This document shows positions 37,036 through 49,840 of a stretch of DNA of 64,000 nucleotides, one piece after another. The notes beneath the pieces are model-generated. The model was not told the origin of the DNA. It saw nothing but the letters and a program-made list of their open reading frames with translations, and did not search any database. A program made the translations under genes and the position numbers. This stretch comes from Octopus sinensis (taxonomy: Eukaryota): the NCBI RefSeq assembly GCF_006345805.1, contig NC_043022.1, positions 22,258,001-22,322,000 of the forward strand, written 5' to 3'. Numbering within the stretch: position 1 is the first letter of the stretch; each line of letters opens with the position of its first letter.

Positions 37036-38884
37036 TAAAAGTCATTTCAATAAACTTCAGTACCATTTTGATAAATTCAAGTTCCACTTCAATAAATATG
37101 AGTCAGTTCAATAAACTAGTGTCTGTTATATTGGTAAACAGGAACACCACTTCAATAAAGAAAGCACCATTTCAATGAATATGAGTGCCTAAATTTTGAT
37201 AAACTTGAGTGCCACTCCAAAAGACATAAATGTCAACTTCTGAGTATCAGTAAGTACCCCAGTTCTACAGACACATCCACACTCAAATGTACACAAAATA
37301 TTGCATACACAGATACATAAGCAGCAAACACAAAAATTGGATACACATAGGCGCAGGAGTGGCTGTGTGGTAAGTAGCTTGCTTACCAACCACATGGTTC
37401 CGGGTTCAGTCCCACTGCGTGGCACCTTGGGCAAGTGTCTTCTACTATAGCCTCGGGCCGACCAAAGCCTTGTGAGTGGATTTGGTAGACGGAAACTGAA
37501 AGAAGCCCGTCATATATATGTATATGTATATATATATGTGTGTGTGTGTGTGTGTCTGTGTTTGTCCCCCCAACATCGCTTGACAACCGATGGTGGTGTG
37601 TTTGCGTTCCCGTAACTTAGCGGTTCAGCTAAGGAGACCGATAGATTAAGTACTAGGCTTACAAAGAATAGGTCCTGGGGTCGATTTGCTCGACTAGAGG
37701 TGGTGCTCCAGCATGGCTGCAGTCAAATGACTGAAACAAGTAAATGAGTAAAAGAGTAAAGAGTATATAGAAACAGTAAACAAGTGTTGAAAATGGATAG
37801 TTTTGAAGGTAAGAACTGTTAAGTAATTTGAAGTAGTGCTTTGTCCAGTATCTACACTAAAGTAATAAGAAGCACATTGTTTACAAAGTACATTTTACAA
37901 TTTTTACGGTGCTTATAGCCTTATTTTGAACTTTTTGTTTTATTATTGTTGATATAATTCATTAACTGAATAATTGACATCATTTCACACCTCAAAGCTT
38001 AAATACACAGATATATATATATGTAATGTAATATGGTATACTACATTACATGTCACTGTTTTTAAATTGGGCATGACACAAAATCGAAATCAATCAACAT
38101 CAATAGCTGTGATACCAGTGCCGGTGGCACGTAAGAGAACCATCCGAACGTGGCCGTTGCCAGCACTGCCCCAACTGGCCTCCTTGCTGGTGGCATGTAA
38201 AAAGCACCATCCGATTGTGGCCGTTGCCAGCCTCGTCTGGCCCCCATGCCGATGGCACATAAAAAGCACCAACTGATCGTGGCCGTTTGCCAGCCTCGTC
38301 TGGCACCTGTGCAGGTGGCACATAAAAAGCACCCACTACACTCACGGAGTGGTTGGCATTAGGAAGGGCATCCAGCTGTAGAAACACTGCCAGATCAGAC
38401 TGGGCCTGGCGCAGCCTTCTGGCTTCCAAGACCCCAGTTGAACCGTCCAACCCATGCTAGCATGGAAAACGGACGTTAAACAATGATGATGATGATCCTC
38501 AGAGTTTTAGCTGATGGTACTGTAGAAATTGAAGTTTGTTGGTCTTGTTGCTGTCTTCATTATTTTTGCTTTTGCCTGCCTTTCTAGTTCTTTAGAGCAA
38601 GAGCTCTGAGGGGATTCTTACAACAATAAGAGCAACAACAAGACTTTTTGTACTCACATGTTGAACAGGGCACAGTTCCAATATGGCTTTATGGCTTTCA
38701 GCATTATTAATTTGTAGTGTGATGGAGGAAAGGGACAACAGAAAAAGAAGCAAACAGGAGAAAGAAATACAAAAGACCTTACCTCGGCGAAATCAGCAGT
38801 CTCTTTCACCAATTCAACATGTCTTGTCACTCTGCCGTCTGTGCTAGAACTGACCACACTTCCTCGCTGACCACGTGCTTCCTC

Positions 38885-39270
38885 CCACACATGCGCCTTT
38901 CACTCTTCTGCCGGCCCCTGCAAACCTTACTTCTGCCCACCTCATCTGTCGTCCTCTCCACCAACACCACATAGCTCATCACAGCCCATAACACTGCCAA
39001 CACCACACTTCCTGTCCATGCATGCGCCTTTCACTCTTCCGCCGGCCCCTGCAAACCTTACTTCTGCCCACCTCATCTGTCATCCTCTCCACCAACACCA
39101 CATAGCTCATCACAGCCCATAACACTGCCAACACCACACTTCCTGTCCATGCATGCACCTTTCACTCTTCCGCCGGCCCCTGCAAACCTTACTTCTACCC
39201 ACCTCATCTGTCATCCTTTCCACCAACACCACATAACTCATCACAGCCCATAACACTGCCAACACCACAT
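38885..39270. repeat. 131-bp tandem repeat, about 3 copies
   Basis: GC(G/A)CCTTT unit starts at 38893, 39024 and 39155. Confidence 0.92.
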
Positions 39271-40308
39271 AATTCTTGCAAATTCATTCTGTCACCCCCT
39301 CTTAGCCCTATTTTAACCACTCACCTATACTGCAATACAAAACTTATTACTAACCAAACATTTACATGGTTTCTGATCTCTCTTATCATCACTCTTCTAT
39401 TTCTTTGTACCATGTATTGGGACACAAATGTATAGAGGGAGGTATTCAGCTTAATCTGGTGAAAAATCTAGATCCTGTTTATTTACTCTAGTCATCAGGC
39501 TGTCTCACTGCATATCATGGAATGGTTGCTCCATGTAATATGCAGTAAGAGTGCTTAATGATTGAAGTAAACAGTCTTTGTTTTTATGCCAAAGTAAATG
39601 TCTCTTTAACATGAAACTAGAGTTGCTGTTTAAATTACCAAGTTATTGTATTTAAGACACACACACATTTACTACATATTAAAAACAAATATCACACACG
39701 GATAATGCAATTTCTTACAAATATCACACATGAAATATCATCATCATCACCTAATGTCCATTTGCCATGTTGGCATGGGTTGGCTGGTTTGACTGAGGTT
39801 GGGAGAGCCAGTAGCTGCACCAGGCTCCAATCTGATCTGGAAATGTTTCTACGGCTGGATGTCCTTCCTAATGCCAACCACTCTGAGAGTATAGTGGGTG
39901 CTTTTTACATGCCACTGGCACAGGAGCCAGTCAGGCAGGTCTGGCCTCGATCACATTCAGATAGTACTTTTTACATGCTACCGGCACAAATGTGTATAAC
40001 TGTGTATGTGTGTGTATGTGTGTGTGTGTGTGTGTACATATTTATACATACATGCATGATATGTAATACATTTTAACCCTTTTGTTACCAGCCCGGCCAA
40101 AACCGTCTCTGTCTCTGTAGTATAAATGTCTTGTTTTCATTAGTTTTTCATTAAAATATACCACCAAACCCTAGTCACAATTTATGATCCTAACACTAGC
40201 TTAATGATAACTAAGTTATTTTACTAAATTCTTTGTTATATTTAAAATAATTGAAAGAAACACAGAGCATCTCAAAATGAAAACGGTAATGAAAGGGTTA
40301 AACCTTAC

Positions 40309-40568
40309 CAACAGTAGCCTGCCATTATGGCCATCACCATATCTCCTGGGGTTAAATATGGATATACAAACACAATTCCCTTTTTACACATAGTTTCCTC
40401 AATGGATTCAAAATTATCTTCTTCGATATTGCAGTTATTCTTTGTCTGATCTTTGTTGAATTTGCAAATCCACTTCTTGTCATCACCACACCATCTGTGA
40501 ACTTCCTGCTTGCTCACACATCTCCATTTTAAGCAGCTATCACATTGGATCCAAGACATTCCTATGAT
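40309..40568 (-). CDS. zf-CW domain and start of PWWP domain exon
   Basis: WIQCDSCLKWR...WICKFNKDQTKNNC is a CW zinc finger with the cage Trp residues present. Followed by GDMVMAIMAGYCW. Donor TG|gtaagg. Confidence 0.9.
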
Positions 40569-40739
40569 CTGGGTTGGTAAATGACAAACAGAGATGACGG
40601 TTAATTAGTGACATAAATGATAGTGTTGGTGGAGGATGTGTTAGTGATAATGGGGATGGGAATGATGGTTGTATGTGAAGGTAGTAGTGCCGTTGTAACT
40701 GTTGTTGTTAGTGGTGGTGGAACAACATTAATACATATT

Positions 40740-41160
40740 GGGCGGCGAGCTGGCAGAAACGTTAGCACGCCGGGCGAAATGCTCAGCGGTATTTCGTCTG
40801 CGGCTACGTTCTGAGTTCAAATTCCGCTGAGGTCAACTTTGCCTTTCATCCTTTCGGGGTCGATAAATTAAGTACCAGTTACGCACTGGGGTCGATATAA
40901 TCGACTTAATACCTATGTCTGTCCTTGTTTGTCCTGTCTGTGTTTAGCCCCTTGTGGGTAGTAAAGAAATAGGTATTTCGTCTGCGGCTACGTTCTGAGT
41001 TCAAATTCCGCTGAGGTCAACTTTGCCTTTCATCCTTTCGGGGTCGACAAATTAAGTACCAGTTACGCACTCGGGTCGATATAATCGCCTTAATCCATTT
41101 GTCTGTCCTTGTTCGTCCCCTCTGTGGTAGTAGCCCTTTGTGGGTAGTAAAGAAATAGGA
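40740..41160 (+). mobile_element. SINE family B dimer (similar dimer at 51420-51830)
   Basis: The second unit starts after the AAAGAAATAG|GTATTTCG junction. Confidence 0.85.
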
Positions 41161-41191
41161 ACAACCTTAATACATATTTCATCAAACATAC

Positions 41192-41394
41192 CTCTTTTTC
41201 TTCCAACCCTTTCAGAGATAATTGTCTTCTCAGCTTTAATCCAGAATCTTTATCATTCTTACTTGAGTTTTTGACAATTGGGGCGTCACTCCAAGCCACA
41301 TTTTCGCTTGATTCTTCAGCAGCTGGAAGCAAATTAAGAATCTGTTCCTGGAGCTCATTGTTGAGATTTTCAAATATTTTCGGACTAGATAAGA
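41192..41394 (-). CDS. CW-PWWP-ARID gene exon (LSSPKIFENLNNELQEQILNLLP...)
   Basis: Open frame within ORF 41090..41404. Donor GAG|gtatgt. Phase fits the CW exon. The acceptor (aag) is less certain. Confidence 0.65.
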
Positions 41395-42622
41395 CTTGTT
41401 TCATGAAAGTAGAAAAAAAAAGAGATAATAAAAATGATTAGTTAGTTAGTTAATTTTTTGGCTCAAAAAGCAAAAAGCAAGGCCATGTAGGGGGACATGG
41501 AGTTATGTACAGGGTGGTGTTCATGTAAAGAGTTAGTCCAGGAGTAGTACAAGGGAGAGGTGTTTAGTCATGCTATATTAAACACCACCTCAGTATCTGA
41601 TTGGTGTTTATTGTATTGACCATCGGATCCCAAAGAAAGGGTGAAGGATAAAAAGGTGATGTTGATTTGAACTTAACATGACAGAAAGAAAGTAACTAAA
41701 TACTGTAATGTATTTAGTGCAATTCTTGGATCTTTTCGGTTTAAATGGCAGTTTTTTAAAATAATTTCCATGTAACTAAACACTTTTAAACTTCGTATAC
41801 TGGTAGAATGTGTTTATAAAACATCTTTTTCTCTTGGCTTTATTGAGAAAATTCTATAGTCTGTAAGATATTTGTTTTTTTTTTCTTCAATTTCTACAAT
41901 TTCAACCAATTAATGATGTCTATTGAGGTGAAAACATTCTGTGCCGTATGAATATGTCCCTCGTTTAAGAAATAGATTGGGTTTATTTACATTTCTGAAG
42001 AAAAAAGATACCCTTCACCCCACCCCTAACCCTAACCCTAAAACAGATTGAAATGCAATAGATCGATACTAGGGTCATAATTATGGGTGACAATTTCAGA
42101 TGACACTGCTAGAAAAAACTGCTGTCCAAACCGAAAAGATCCCTTATCTAGAAGGGAAGCTGCAGGCTGGACATAGACATAATGTTATATGAAAATGATG
42201 ATAAATGAGGGCAACAAGCAATGCCTGCCAATTGCTGCTTACCCAAGAACATTGCTCTTTTATATTTCATTTACAAGGCAACAAACCACTTACATTTTTC
42301 ACAATTCAATAACAAAAATGAGGCACTAAGCCTCTTACCTTTATTTTGAACTTTCATGCCTGACCAGGCTCCTCCTCTCATTCAAACACCTGGACAGTGC
42401 CAAGTCGGGCCACTTTAACATAAATCTAAAAGTGTCCTCGGGGAAGGAATTCATCACCCTGCACAAATCGGTTTCCCATATGACCTCCACAGCCACCTAT
42501 GAAAGCCAGTCAGGGTCGTCAGTGCAGGATAGAATCCCTTCCCTCCGGCCTTTCTTTTTAAACTTCTTAACGAAGCTTTCTAACGACCCTCCCTTATGGC
42601 AGAGGATCACAAATTCCTCATC

Positions 42623-43182
42623 CTTAGCATGGGAAGGGACTACAGTTTCTACCTTCGGTGACACAACTCCCACCAAAGGTGCCATGAGGCTTCTACCAAC
42701 CTGCAGCTACTAGCATGGGAAGGGCCTACAGTTTCTACCTTCGATGGCACAACTCCCACCAAAGGTGCCATGAGGCTTCTACCATCCTGCAGCTACTAGC
42801 ATGGGAAGGGCCTACAGTTTCTACCTTCGGTGGCACAACTCCCACCAAAGGTGCCATGAGGCTTCTACCAACCTGCAGCTACTAGCATGGGAAGGGCCTA
42901 CAGTTTCTACCTTCGGTGGCACAACTCCCACCAAAGGTGCCATGAGGCTTCTGCCAACCTGCAGCTACTAGCATGGGAAGGGCCTACAGTTTCTACCTTC
43001 GGTGGCACAACTCCCACCAAAGGTGCCATGAGGCTTCTACCAACCTGCAGCTACTAGCATGGGAATGGCCTACAGTTTCTACCTTCGGTGACACAACTCC
43101 AACCAAAGGTGCCATGAGGCTTCTACCAACCTGCAGCTACTAGCATGGGAAGGGCCTACAGATTCTACCTTCGGTGGCACAG
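42623..43182. repeat. 86-bp GC-balanced minisatellite, about 6.5 copies
   Basis: CTGCAGCTACTAGC recurs at 42701, 42787, 42873, 42959, 43045 and 43131. Confidence 0.95.
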
Positions 43183-43323
43183 CCACATTAGTTTGTGATA
43201 AAAAAGTGTTTTGAATATTTTTTAAACACTTAAGTGTTAATATTAATTAACATAAACCTGGAACTAACTTAATTTTTCTTTTTCTTCAAGGACTAGTCAA
43301 GGGAGGACATATTACAGACTTAC

Positions 43324-43406
43324 CTGTTTTCTTCCAAAATCGAGTGACAACTTTCTTAAGATCCATATGTTCACAGCTCACTGTACTATAATATCCCGAC
43401 TGATCT
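43324..43406 (-). CDS. CW-PWWP-ARID gene, putative exon containing a candidate ATG at 43366 (MDLKKVVTRFWKKT)
   Basis: ttctttgtag acceptor and G|gtaagt donor. Frame-compatible with the next exon. An upstream exon was not identified. Confidence 0.55.
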
Positions 43407-43819
43407 CTACAAAGAAATTGAGTGAAATATTAAGATATCATCATTGTCATTGACATCAGATTCACCGCCATCATCACTACTATCTATTTCTTTACTACCC
43501 ACAAGGGGCTAAACACAGAGGGGACAAACAAGGACAGACAAACAGATTAAGTTGATTATATCGACCCCAGTGCGTAACTGGTACTCATTTAATCAACCCC
43601 GAAAGGATGAAAGGCAAAGTCGACCTCTTTCACATACATATTGACAGCATACAGCCCAAACTCTCTGATTTGAAGATAACTAAAAAACTTCAAGCACAAC
43701 TTCCTATTGTATTGACCTATGAATCATGGTGTCTCTCTTGCTCTCTCTCTCTCTCTCTCTCTACTCTCCTCCACCACACATCACCCTGTCACAGAGGTTC
43801 AATAAAAGAGGTCATGTAA

Positions 43820-44605
43820 AGGTGGCAAGCTGGCAGAAATGTTAAAGCGACGGGTGAAATGCTTTGCGGTATTTCGTCTGCCGCTACGTTCTGAGTTCAT
43901 ATTCCGCCGAGGTTGACTTTGCCTTTCATCCTTTCGGGGTCGCTTAAATAAGTACCAGTTATGCACTGGGGTCGATATAATCGACTTAATCCCTTTGTCT
44001 GTCCTTGTTTGTCTCCTCTGTGTTTAGCCCCTTGTGGGTAGTAAAGAAATAGATATTTCGTCTGCCGTTATGTTCTGAGTTCAAATTCCGCCAAGGTCGA
44101 CGTTGCCTTTCATCCTTTCGGGGTCGATAAATTAAGTACCAGCTACGCACTGGGGTCGATGTAATCGACTTAATCCCTTTGTCTATCCTTGTTTGTCTCC
44201 TCTGTGTTTAGCCCCTTGTGGGTAGTAAAGAAATAGGTATTTCATCTGCTGTTACGTTCTGAGTTCAAATTCCGCTGAGGTCAACTTTGCCTTTCATCCT
44301 TTCGGGGTCAATAAATTAAGTACCAGTTACACACTGGGGTCGATGTAATCGACTTAATCCCTTTGTCTATCCCTGTTTGTCTCCTCTGTGTTTAGCCCCT
44401 TGTGGTTAGTAAAGAAATAGGTATTTCGTCTGCCGTTACGTTCTGAGTTCAAATTCCGCCGAGGTCAACTTTGCCTTTCATCCTTTCGGGGTCAATAAAT
44501 TAAGTACCAGTTACGCACTGGGGTCGATGTAATCGACTTAATCCTTTTGTCTGTCCTTGCTTGTCCCCTTTATATTCAGCCCCTTGTGGGCAGTACAGAA
44601 ATAAG
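43820..44605 (+). mobile_element. SINE family B tetramer (184-bp units)
   Basis: Units start at 43869, 44053, 44237 and 44421. Confidence 0.9.
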
Positions 44606-45699
44606 AAATAAAAGGGTCATGTGATGATACATGAACCCTATTCCTTCGCTTACTCTTTCTACATCACAAACAACAATGAAATCTCCTTTAAATCGCAGTT
44701 TCCTCTGAAAATATTAAATGGTTTTTTTTAACCGAAAAGGTTTCTCTCGTGTTTTTTAAGTGCATAGTGCAAAAAATAAATAAATTGTTTGTCAATGCGG
44801 TGTCTACTCGGTTTGTGAGTTATTTATGAGAAAAAAGATACCTTCCCCCCATCCCTAACCCCTAACCCTAACACCACATATATAAAAAATTAAAATTTTA
44901 CGGAAAGTGACAATTTTCTTCAAATGTAAACAAATACGTGTGTGGCCATAAACTGAGGGGTCACTCGTAAGCAGAGATAGATAACAAAACCGTTCCCTCA
45001 TTTACTGTCCACCCATAATTATGACCCTAATATCGATCTATTGCATTTCAATCTGTTTTAGGGTTAGGGGTTGGGGGAAGGGTATCTTTTTTCTTCAGAA
45101 ATGTAAATAAACCCAATCTGTTTCTTAAACGAATATATAATATGTAATGCGTGTATCTGTGCAACAGAGAGGAAAATTAAAACTGCATATGTTGTGAACT
45201 TAAACTATGTGTTTATTAATAAAAGTTTAATAACGATAATCTTTTATTCATACGAACGTAACTGATATGAAATATGTCATAAATAACAGTGACAAACTGA
45301 GTAGACACCGCATTGACAAACAACTGCAGAAATTGTATTCACCTCAATAGACGTCATTGATTGGTTGAAATTGCCGAAATGCAAGAAATTTAACAAGAAA
45401 TAGCTTACAAACTACAGAATTTTCTCAAGAAAGCCAAGAGAAAAAGATGTTTTATGTAACACATTCTACCAGTATACGAAGTTTAAAAGTGTTTAGTTAC
45501 AAAGAAATTATTTTAAAAATCTGCCGGTCAAAGTGAAAAGATCCCTTTTAACTTCTGTCATTTTTGTTTTTTAGTTCATTATGCCCAGGAAATCTTTCTA
45601 AAAAAAATAAGTACAAGGCTAATACTAAATACTGAATGCATATTTCTTTCATTATTTTTATGGATGAATGGATGGCACATCGGAATTTATGGAGTCATG

Positions 45700-47478
45700 G
45701 ATTCCTGCATTGTGTCATTTGTGAATGAAGTCACAGGTGTCCACACAAATCACATGGAAGCAATGTTAGCTCACGCCAAACGAAAGTATCGCCAGCTTTA
45801 TGGTACCACCTCAGATTTGTTTCCTACATATATGCAGCTGGCAAACTTCCAGGAAAACTGAAGGAAGGTAAAATATGCCCCATTCATAAAGGAGGTAGCA
45901 GAGCGGAAGCCAAGAACTATAGACCTATCTCTCTGACCTCACACATCAGCAAGGTCATGGAACGAATAGTCAGAAGGAAGCTGATCACCTTCCTTGAAGA
46001 GAATGACTTGCTGCCCGACACCCAACATGGTTTCCGACCAGGGAGAAGCTGTTTAACTCAGCTCCTACAACACTATGACTGGGTGCTGAAACGGCTGCTC
46101 AACCACTCAAATGTGGAAGTGATATATCTCGACTTTGCAAAGGCCTTTGATAAAGTCGATCATGGAATGATATGTCACAAACTGCGTGATCTCAACATAG
46201 TTGGAAAACTGGGAGAATGGCTTCATGACTTTCTGAAGGATAGAAGTCAGGTGGTAGTAGCAATGGGGCCACCTCCATTAACACACAAATAGTGAGCGGT
46301 GGTTCCGCAGGGCACTGTTCTGGGACCACTACTGTTCATAATGGCCCTCTCAGACATGCCCTCAGCCACGCAGAGAGCCACGATCACAAGTTATGCAGAT
46401 GATACAAAAGTTTCACAGGCAATACAGAACCCTGAGGACACTAAACACCTGCAATGTGAGCTGGACGAAATATACAAGTGGGCTGAAAAGAATAGCATGC
46501 AGTTCAATGCTGGAAAGTTTCAAGCTTTATACTATCAGCATGCAAAACTGAATGCAATACCCAATGAATACACTGGACCCGGAGGGATTGCAATCCCAGA
46601 GGCACAATCAGTGCGTGACCTGGGTATTCACATGAGTGATGACGCGACCTTTCATGTACATGTTGCTAAACTGACAATGAAATGTAGACGGCTGGCTGGA
46701 TGGATTCTTAGAACCTTTAGAACAAGAGAACAAGAAACCATGATGGTCCTCTGGAAGACACTTGTCCTAAGCTACTTTGACTATTGCTCTCAGCTATGGT
46801 CACCATCCAGTGTCAAGTTGATCACAGAACTTGAGGCGATCCAACGAAGCTACACAAAGAAGATAGCCTCTATGCAGAATGTAAGCTACTGGGAAAGACT
46901 CAAGAGATTAAAATTATATTCCCTGGAGCGTAGGCGGGAAAGATATGCCATAATATACATCTGGAAGATCCTGGAGGGAAGTGTCCTGAACTTTGGCATC
47001 GAGAGTTACGCAAATGCCAGAACTGGGCGCCACTGCGTGGTGCCTAGGACTCCAAACCTGCCATCAAGATGTAGGACAAGATTCTGTGATAGCCTGGGCT
47101 TCCGAGGCCCACAGCTCTTCAATATCCTCCCGAAGAACCTGAGAGACCTGCATGGGGTGGATACAGATGTCTTTAAAATGAAGCTGGATCTCTTCCTGTC
47201 AGGTGTCCCAGATGAACCAACTTCACGGCAGGAGGGGCAGATGAGGGCAGCTGCATCGAACTCTCTCATGCACCAAATAGCAGTTGCTAGAAAGCCTCCA
47301 TGAAGTGAAACCAAGTAGCAACACCAAATGGCGGTGCCCCAGCATGGCCACAGCTCATAAGCTGAAACTAGAATCAATCAATCAATCAATCAATCATATG
47401 AGTCCATGTGTCAGATGAGGTTCTGCAATATTGAAAGCATTTGAAAATTTACTCGTTCACATAGCTGAGCAAATATAA
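45700..47478 (+). pseudogene. Merlin/ISXO2-like transposase C-terminal relic (about 45700-45861 and 47431-47478) split by a LINE
   Basis: [24 protein letters not shown]...LFPTY before the LINE and AFENLLVHIAEQI-stop after it. Confidence 0.65.
45873..47396 (+). mobile_element. 5'-truncated CR1/L2-group LINE with near-intact RT (one frameshift near 46262)
   Basis: NYRPISL, QHGFR, LDFAKAFD, VPQGTVLGP and YADD motifs. (ATCA)n tail. Confidence 0.92.
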
Positions 47479-47539
47479 ATTCCAAATTCATAACGTACAC
47501 TTATGCATTGACACTTCTTTTTTTTAAATTTAAATTTTC

Positions 47540-47976
47540 GGCGATCTTTCGTCTCTAGTAGACCTTTCCGTCGATTTCCGTTAAAAATTTTTTTTTACAT
47601 ATGGGCTTGCGGGAACTTTTGAAGTAATATACATACATATACACATACACCGAGTAAAAAATTTCAGTTATCTCTCTCTTTCACACATTACTCTGTCTCT
47701 TCACACACACTAACAGAAGCACTTCACTTACACAACATACTGTCTGTCTCCCACACCCCATCAAACACACACACACACACACACACGCACACACACACAC
47801 GTACATCAATGCTTCCCATGCACGGTAACTTCAAAAGAATTTCCCTCGTCATACAATCGCTTTCTCTTAGTCTCTTTCGCTCTCATTACTTCAAAAGTTC
47901 CCGCAAGCCCATATGTAAAAAAAAATAAATTTTTACGGAAATCGACGGAAAGGTCTACTAGAGACGAAAGATTGCC
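47540..47976. mobile_element. Merlin-type MITE copy 1
   Basis: About 90-bp TIRs GGCGATCTTTCGTC...GACGAAAGATTGCC. Perfect 8-bp TSD aaattttc. Confidence 0.9.
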
Positions 47977-48726
47977 AAATTTTCATTTTTGGGGGGAAAA
48001 TATCATTTTCAAATGTAAAAATCACACCTTTACTTTCAACTTATTTGTTTGTACCACCTTGTGCCTAGGAAATCTTTGTAAAAAGTTAAGTACAATGCTA
48101 ATACTAATTACTGAATATGTATTTCTTTCATTATTTTATCGCAGACTTAATCTCTCTCTCTTTTTAACAAACTCAAAAGGTAACCCATCCTGTACGCAGT
48201 CATTTCACACGCTAGAAATAGTAGGGATCACATGGTTATATTCCTAAGGTTTATAGCGTATCAGAAGCAGGCCATACCAACCAATTCATCTCTGGTCTTT
48301 TTTCACATTATTCTAATAATGATACAGTTTACTTCTTCCAATCACTGAACTGTGGCCATGCGGAGGCACCAACTTTTAGTCGAACAAATTAACCCTAGGC
48401 TTTATTATTTTTTTTAAAGACCGGCACTTCAGATCAGATCAGGAAGAATAACTTCCAGAAATGGTTGAGTTCTCCAACAAAGAACAGATGCAACCAGTGA
48501 AAATTTGACAAATAGTTCAAGGATTCTCCATTTGAGTATCCCGAGTGAGCATGTGCACACATATGGAATCTTTATTACGATCATGACGATCTTATATAGA
48601 ATGGGACAATACAGGACAAACACAAGACAAAAATGTTACATGAGTTCGAATGAGTTACATGTTAAAAATTTATTTAAAAAATATTTTATATAACGATTAA
48701 ATTTTCCTTTAACTAGAACTTTTTTT

Positions 48727-49153
48727 GGCGATCATTCGTCTCTAGTAGACCTTTCCGTCGATTTCCGTAAAAAATTTTTTTTTACATATGGGCTTGCGGG
48801 AACTTTTGAAGTAATATACATACATATACACATACACCGAGTAAAAAATTTCAGTTATCTCTTTCTTTCACACATTACTCTGTCTCTTCACACACACTAA
48901 CAGAAGCACTTCACTTACACAACATACTGTCTGTCTCCCACACCCCATCACACACACACACGCACAGACACACACATGTACATCAATGCTTGCCATGCAC
49001 GGTAACTTCAAAAGAACTTCCCTCGTCATAAAATGGCTTTCTCTTAGTCTCTTTCGCTATCATTACTTCAAAAGTTCCCGCAAGCCCATATGTAAAAAAA
49101 AAATTTTTTCTACGGAAATCGACGGAAAGGTCTACTAGAGACAAAAGATTGCC
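48727..49153. mobile_element. Merlin-type MITE copy 2
   Basis: Near-identical to copy 1, with its own perfect 8-bp TSD cttttttt. Confidence 0.9.
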
Positions 49154-49840
49154 CTTTTTTTTTTTTTTTACAATAAAACGAAAACAAAGAAAGAAAAACG
49201 AACAAAAAGTTTAGAAGATCGAACCCGGCAGCGTATAAGGCCCAGCAACGATCTTTCCCTTTCATCAATGATTAAGCTGGGTTACTGACACCCACCTTTC
49301 TCATCACATCCTTCCATCATTTCTCGTATTCTCTCGGTGGCAGGGTCCTCCTCTCCAACCCCATCTTGCTCTTCAGGAGTTATCTGAAGTAAGACAGTAA
49401 ACCGGGGCCAGAGATGAAGGACCCTTTCACCGAACCTTCCATTCTCATTCTCCAAACACACTCTTTCAGTACTGCAACCGTACAGTAATATAAATAGTAA
49501 AGCACATTTGTTCTCTCATGACATGCACACCTAGGACTACGATATATCAATCAGTTCAGATAAGAACAAACAATAAGAGCTGTTTTCATTTAAACAAAAC
49601 AGCCTTGCAACTTTGTTAGTGACTGGCTTCAATATTGCAAAAGGGAAAACTTTGGGAAAATAAATCCCAAAGAAACATATTATATGTGCAGGAGTGGCTG
49701 TGTGATAAGAAGCATGGTTCCGGGTTCAGTCTTCCTGCGTGGCACCTTAGGCAAATGTATTCTACTACATAGCCTTGGGTCAGCCAAAGCTTTGTGAGTG
49801 GATTTGGTAAACGGAAACTGAAAGAAGTCGTGTATATATA

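Noticed and set aside
41300-41394. DEUBAD-like resemblance of FENLNNELQEQILNLLP
   Set aside because: The match is too short to support without an HMM search.
49200-49480. Possible structured ncRNA (7SK, RNase MRP/P, U3) or first exon
   Set aside because: It has a GGTTCGATC-like box and a small hairpin, but no conserved boxes of those RNAs were recognisable. Left unassigned.
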